The notes below the pieces were generated by a model. That model saw only the letters and a program-made list of their open reading frames with translations. It had not been told where the DNA came from and did not search any database. Of a stretch of DNA of 54,258 nucleotides, positions 52,984 through 54,258 are shown one piece after another. The DNA is from Patescibacteria group bacterium (GTDB lineage: Bacteria > Patescibacteriota > Patescibacteriia > 2-12-FULL-60-25): contig JAHJSR010000101.1 of assembly GCA_018830085.1 (NCBI GenBank), forward strand, positions 1-54,258, read 5' to 3'. The translations under genes and the position numbers were made by a program. The stretch's first letter is position 1. Every line of letters begins with the position of its first letter.

Positions 52984-53952
52984 ATGGATATTTTTTATCC
53001 AATCAAATTATTTGCCAACTGGTTGACCTACGGCGTTTTTACTATCAACCAAGACTCGATTTTGGCAGAAGCAATAAATTTTTTTATATATGACACTATC
53101 AAAATTTTCTTCTTACTGACTGTAATAATTTTTACCATTTCACTTCTCCGCACTCACCTTCCACCGGAAAAAGTAAGATCAATACTTTCTAGAAAAAACA
53201 AATACCTTGGTAATACACTAGCCGCTCTACTTGGAATCATGACCCCATTCTGTTCCTGCTCAGCTGTGCCATTATTTTTAGGTTTTATACAGGCGGGCGT
53301 ACCTTTGGGGACTACTTTTTCTTTTTTAGTTGCTTCTCCCATGATTAACGAAGTAGCATTAATTCTATTATACGGACTTTTTGGATGGAAAATCGCTCTT
53401 ATTTATATTATTAGTGGTTTAATTATCGCGATCATATCCGGAATCGCCATAGGCGCAATGAAAATAGAAAATCTTGTCGAGTCTTTTGCATTTCAAATTA
53501 AAGCAAAAAAAGATATAGAACTACCAAAGATGAATAACCAGCAAAGAATTGATTACGCCAAACAATATACACTAGATATCCTCAAAAAAGTTTGGCCCTA
53601 TATCATTATTGGCATAGGCATCGGAGCATGGATACACGGCTATGTGCCTGCTGACTTTTTAGCACAATACGCGGGAGCCGATAAATGGTACGCAGTACCT
53701 TTAGCTGTTTTAATAGGTATTCCACTTTACTCAAATGCTGCCGGAGTTATTCCTTTAGTTTCCGCTCTCACAGAAAAAGGCGTGTCCTTGGGCACTACAC
53801 TCGCATTCATGATGGCCGTCACCGCTCTATCATTACCAGAATTCATGATATTAAAAAAAATCATGAAAACAAAACTAATCCTAATCTTTGCTTCAATTGT
53901 TAGTATCGGCATCATCTTTACCGGCTACTTATTCAATACAATCATCCATTAA
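52984..53952 (+). CDS. predicted permease, ArsP/DUF318 family
   Basis: TPFCSCSAVPLF motif and two homologous 4-TM halves (second half: PLYSNAAGVIPLVSAL). The ATG lies 3 nt after the thioredoxin-like stop. Confidence 0.8.
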   Translation: MDIFYPIKLFANWLTYGVFTINQDSILAEAINFFIYDTIKIFFLLTVIIFTISLLRTHLPPEKVRSILSRKNKYLGNTLAALLGIMTPFCSCSAVPLFLGFIQAGVPLGTTFSFLVASPMINEVALILLYGLFGWKIALIYIISGLIIAIISGIAIGAMKIENLVESFAFQIKAKKDIELPKMNNQQRIDYAKQYTLDILKKVWPYIIIGIGIGAWIHGYVPADFLAQYAGADKWYAVPLAVLIGIPLYSNAAGVIPLVSALTEKGVSLGTTLAFMMAVTALSLPEFMILKKIMKTKLILIFASIVSIGIIFTGYLFNTIIH

Positions 53953-53956
53953 AAAA

Positions 53957-53980
53957 TCCTCGATTATTCGAGGGATTTTG
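53957..53980 (+). terminator. rho-independent terminator, sequence-related to the tRNA-His terminator
   Basis: tcctcga-ttat-tcgaggga-ttttgctat. Confidence 0.7.
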
Positions 53981-53993
53981 CTATACTATATTT

Positions 53994-54258
53994 ATGTCTA
54001 CCGATAAAAAAACCGTGCATTGGTATAATAATAATGCGACAGGATATGCAGCTCATGTTCGTGATAAAAATGATTCAATTTATCACTCTTTGTATGAAAA
54101 ACCGGCCATGTATTCCTTATTGCCCTCTTTAAAAGGAAAAACCGTATTAAGTTTAGGTTGCGGGAGCGGCGAAGACAGTCATCATCTACAAAAAAAGGGT
54201 GCTAAAAAATCAGTTGGTATCGACATTACAAATAAATTGATTGATATTGCCACCGCCA
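53994..54258 (+). CDS. class I SAM-dependent methyltransferase (5' fragment; runs off the window)
   Basis: ATG at 53994. Motif I VLSLGCGSGEDS, followed by the acidic loop VGIDIT. Confidence 0.75.
   Translation, partial: MSTDKKTVHWYNNNATGYAAHVRDKNDSIYHSLYEKPAMYSLLPSLKGKTVLSLGCGSGEDSHHLQKKGAKKSVGIDITNKLIDIATA

Noticed and set aside
1-54258. CRISPR arrays, transposases, integrases, prophage genes or an alternative genetic code.
   Set aside because: There are no spaced repeats of 24-40 nt. The only arrays are 8-13-nt micro-repeats and the 730-bp gene duplication. No recombinase-like ORF is present. ORFs are long and contiguous under the standard code.

Overview
The window is AT-rich and gene-dense, with about 54 CDS (most on the minus strand) and one tRNA-His. 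The standard genetic code gives long uninterrupted ORFs. I found no rRNA gene, CRISPR array, transposase or integrase.

The core content is housekeeping or envelope-related:
- Fe-S assembly: an Rrf2 regulator, NifS and NifU.
- Glycerol metabolism: gpsA and glpK.
- Other housekeeping: membrane H+-pyrophosphatase (hppA), hflX, uppP, a PAP2 phosphatase, msrA/msrB, a Kef-type antiporter and yvcK.
- Transport: a MacB-type ABC efflux operon.

Many secreted, lipoprotein or giant surface proteins have no assignable function. They carry Cys-rich CGxGxC...NCPxDC modules and Y-K-N-x-x-Y-G-F/Y-x-x-x-YP modules. Together with the reduced gene set, this suggests an uncultivated small-genome bacterium, possibly CPR/Patescibacteria-like. 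That is an inference only.

Most interesting observations:
1. An ECF sigma factor is translationally coupled to a 1,767-aa, single-pass, thioester-less alpha-2-macroglobulin sitting in the anti-sigma position, followed by an exported Memo-like lipoprotein. This could be a protease-sensing sigma/anti-sigma module.
2. A second ECF sigma module has a Met-rich membrane partner and a Met/His/Gly-rich secreted repeat protein.
3. The intergenic region of that second operon holds a perfect 13-nt copy of the 16S rRNA 3' tail next to a GC palindrome.
4. About eight small higher-GC single-gene cassettes are embedded in the AT-rich backbone, most of them (five checked) with a strong Shine-Dalgarno and a private terminator.
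5. Tandemly duplicated pentapeptide-repeat cassettes have noncoding signals that are better conserved than the proteins.
6. Two phased short-repeat arrays sit in 5' leader or intergenic positions: ATTACGAAT, and UAG/GAG triplets at an 8-nt period.

All functional calls come from motif recognition by eye. No database search was run.
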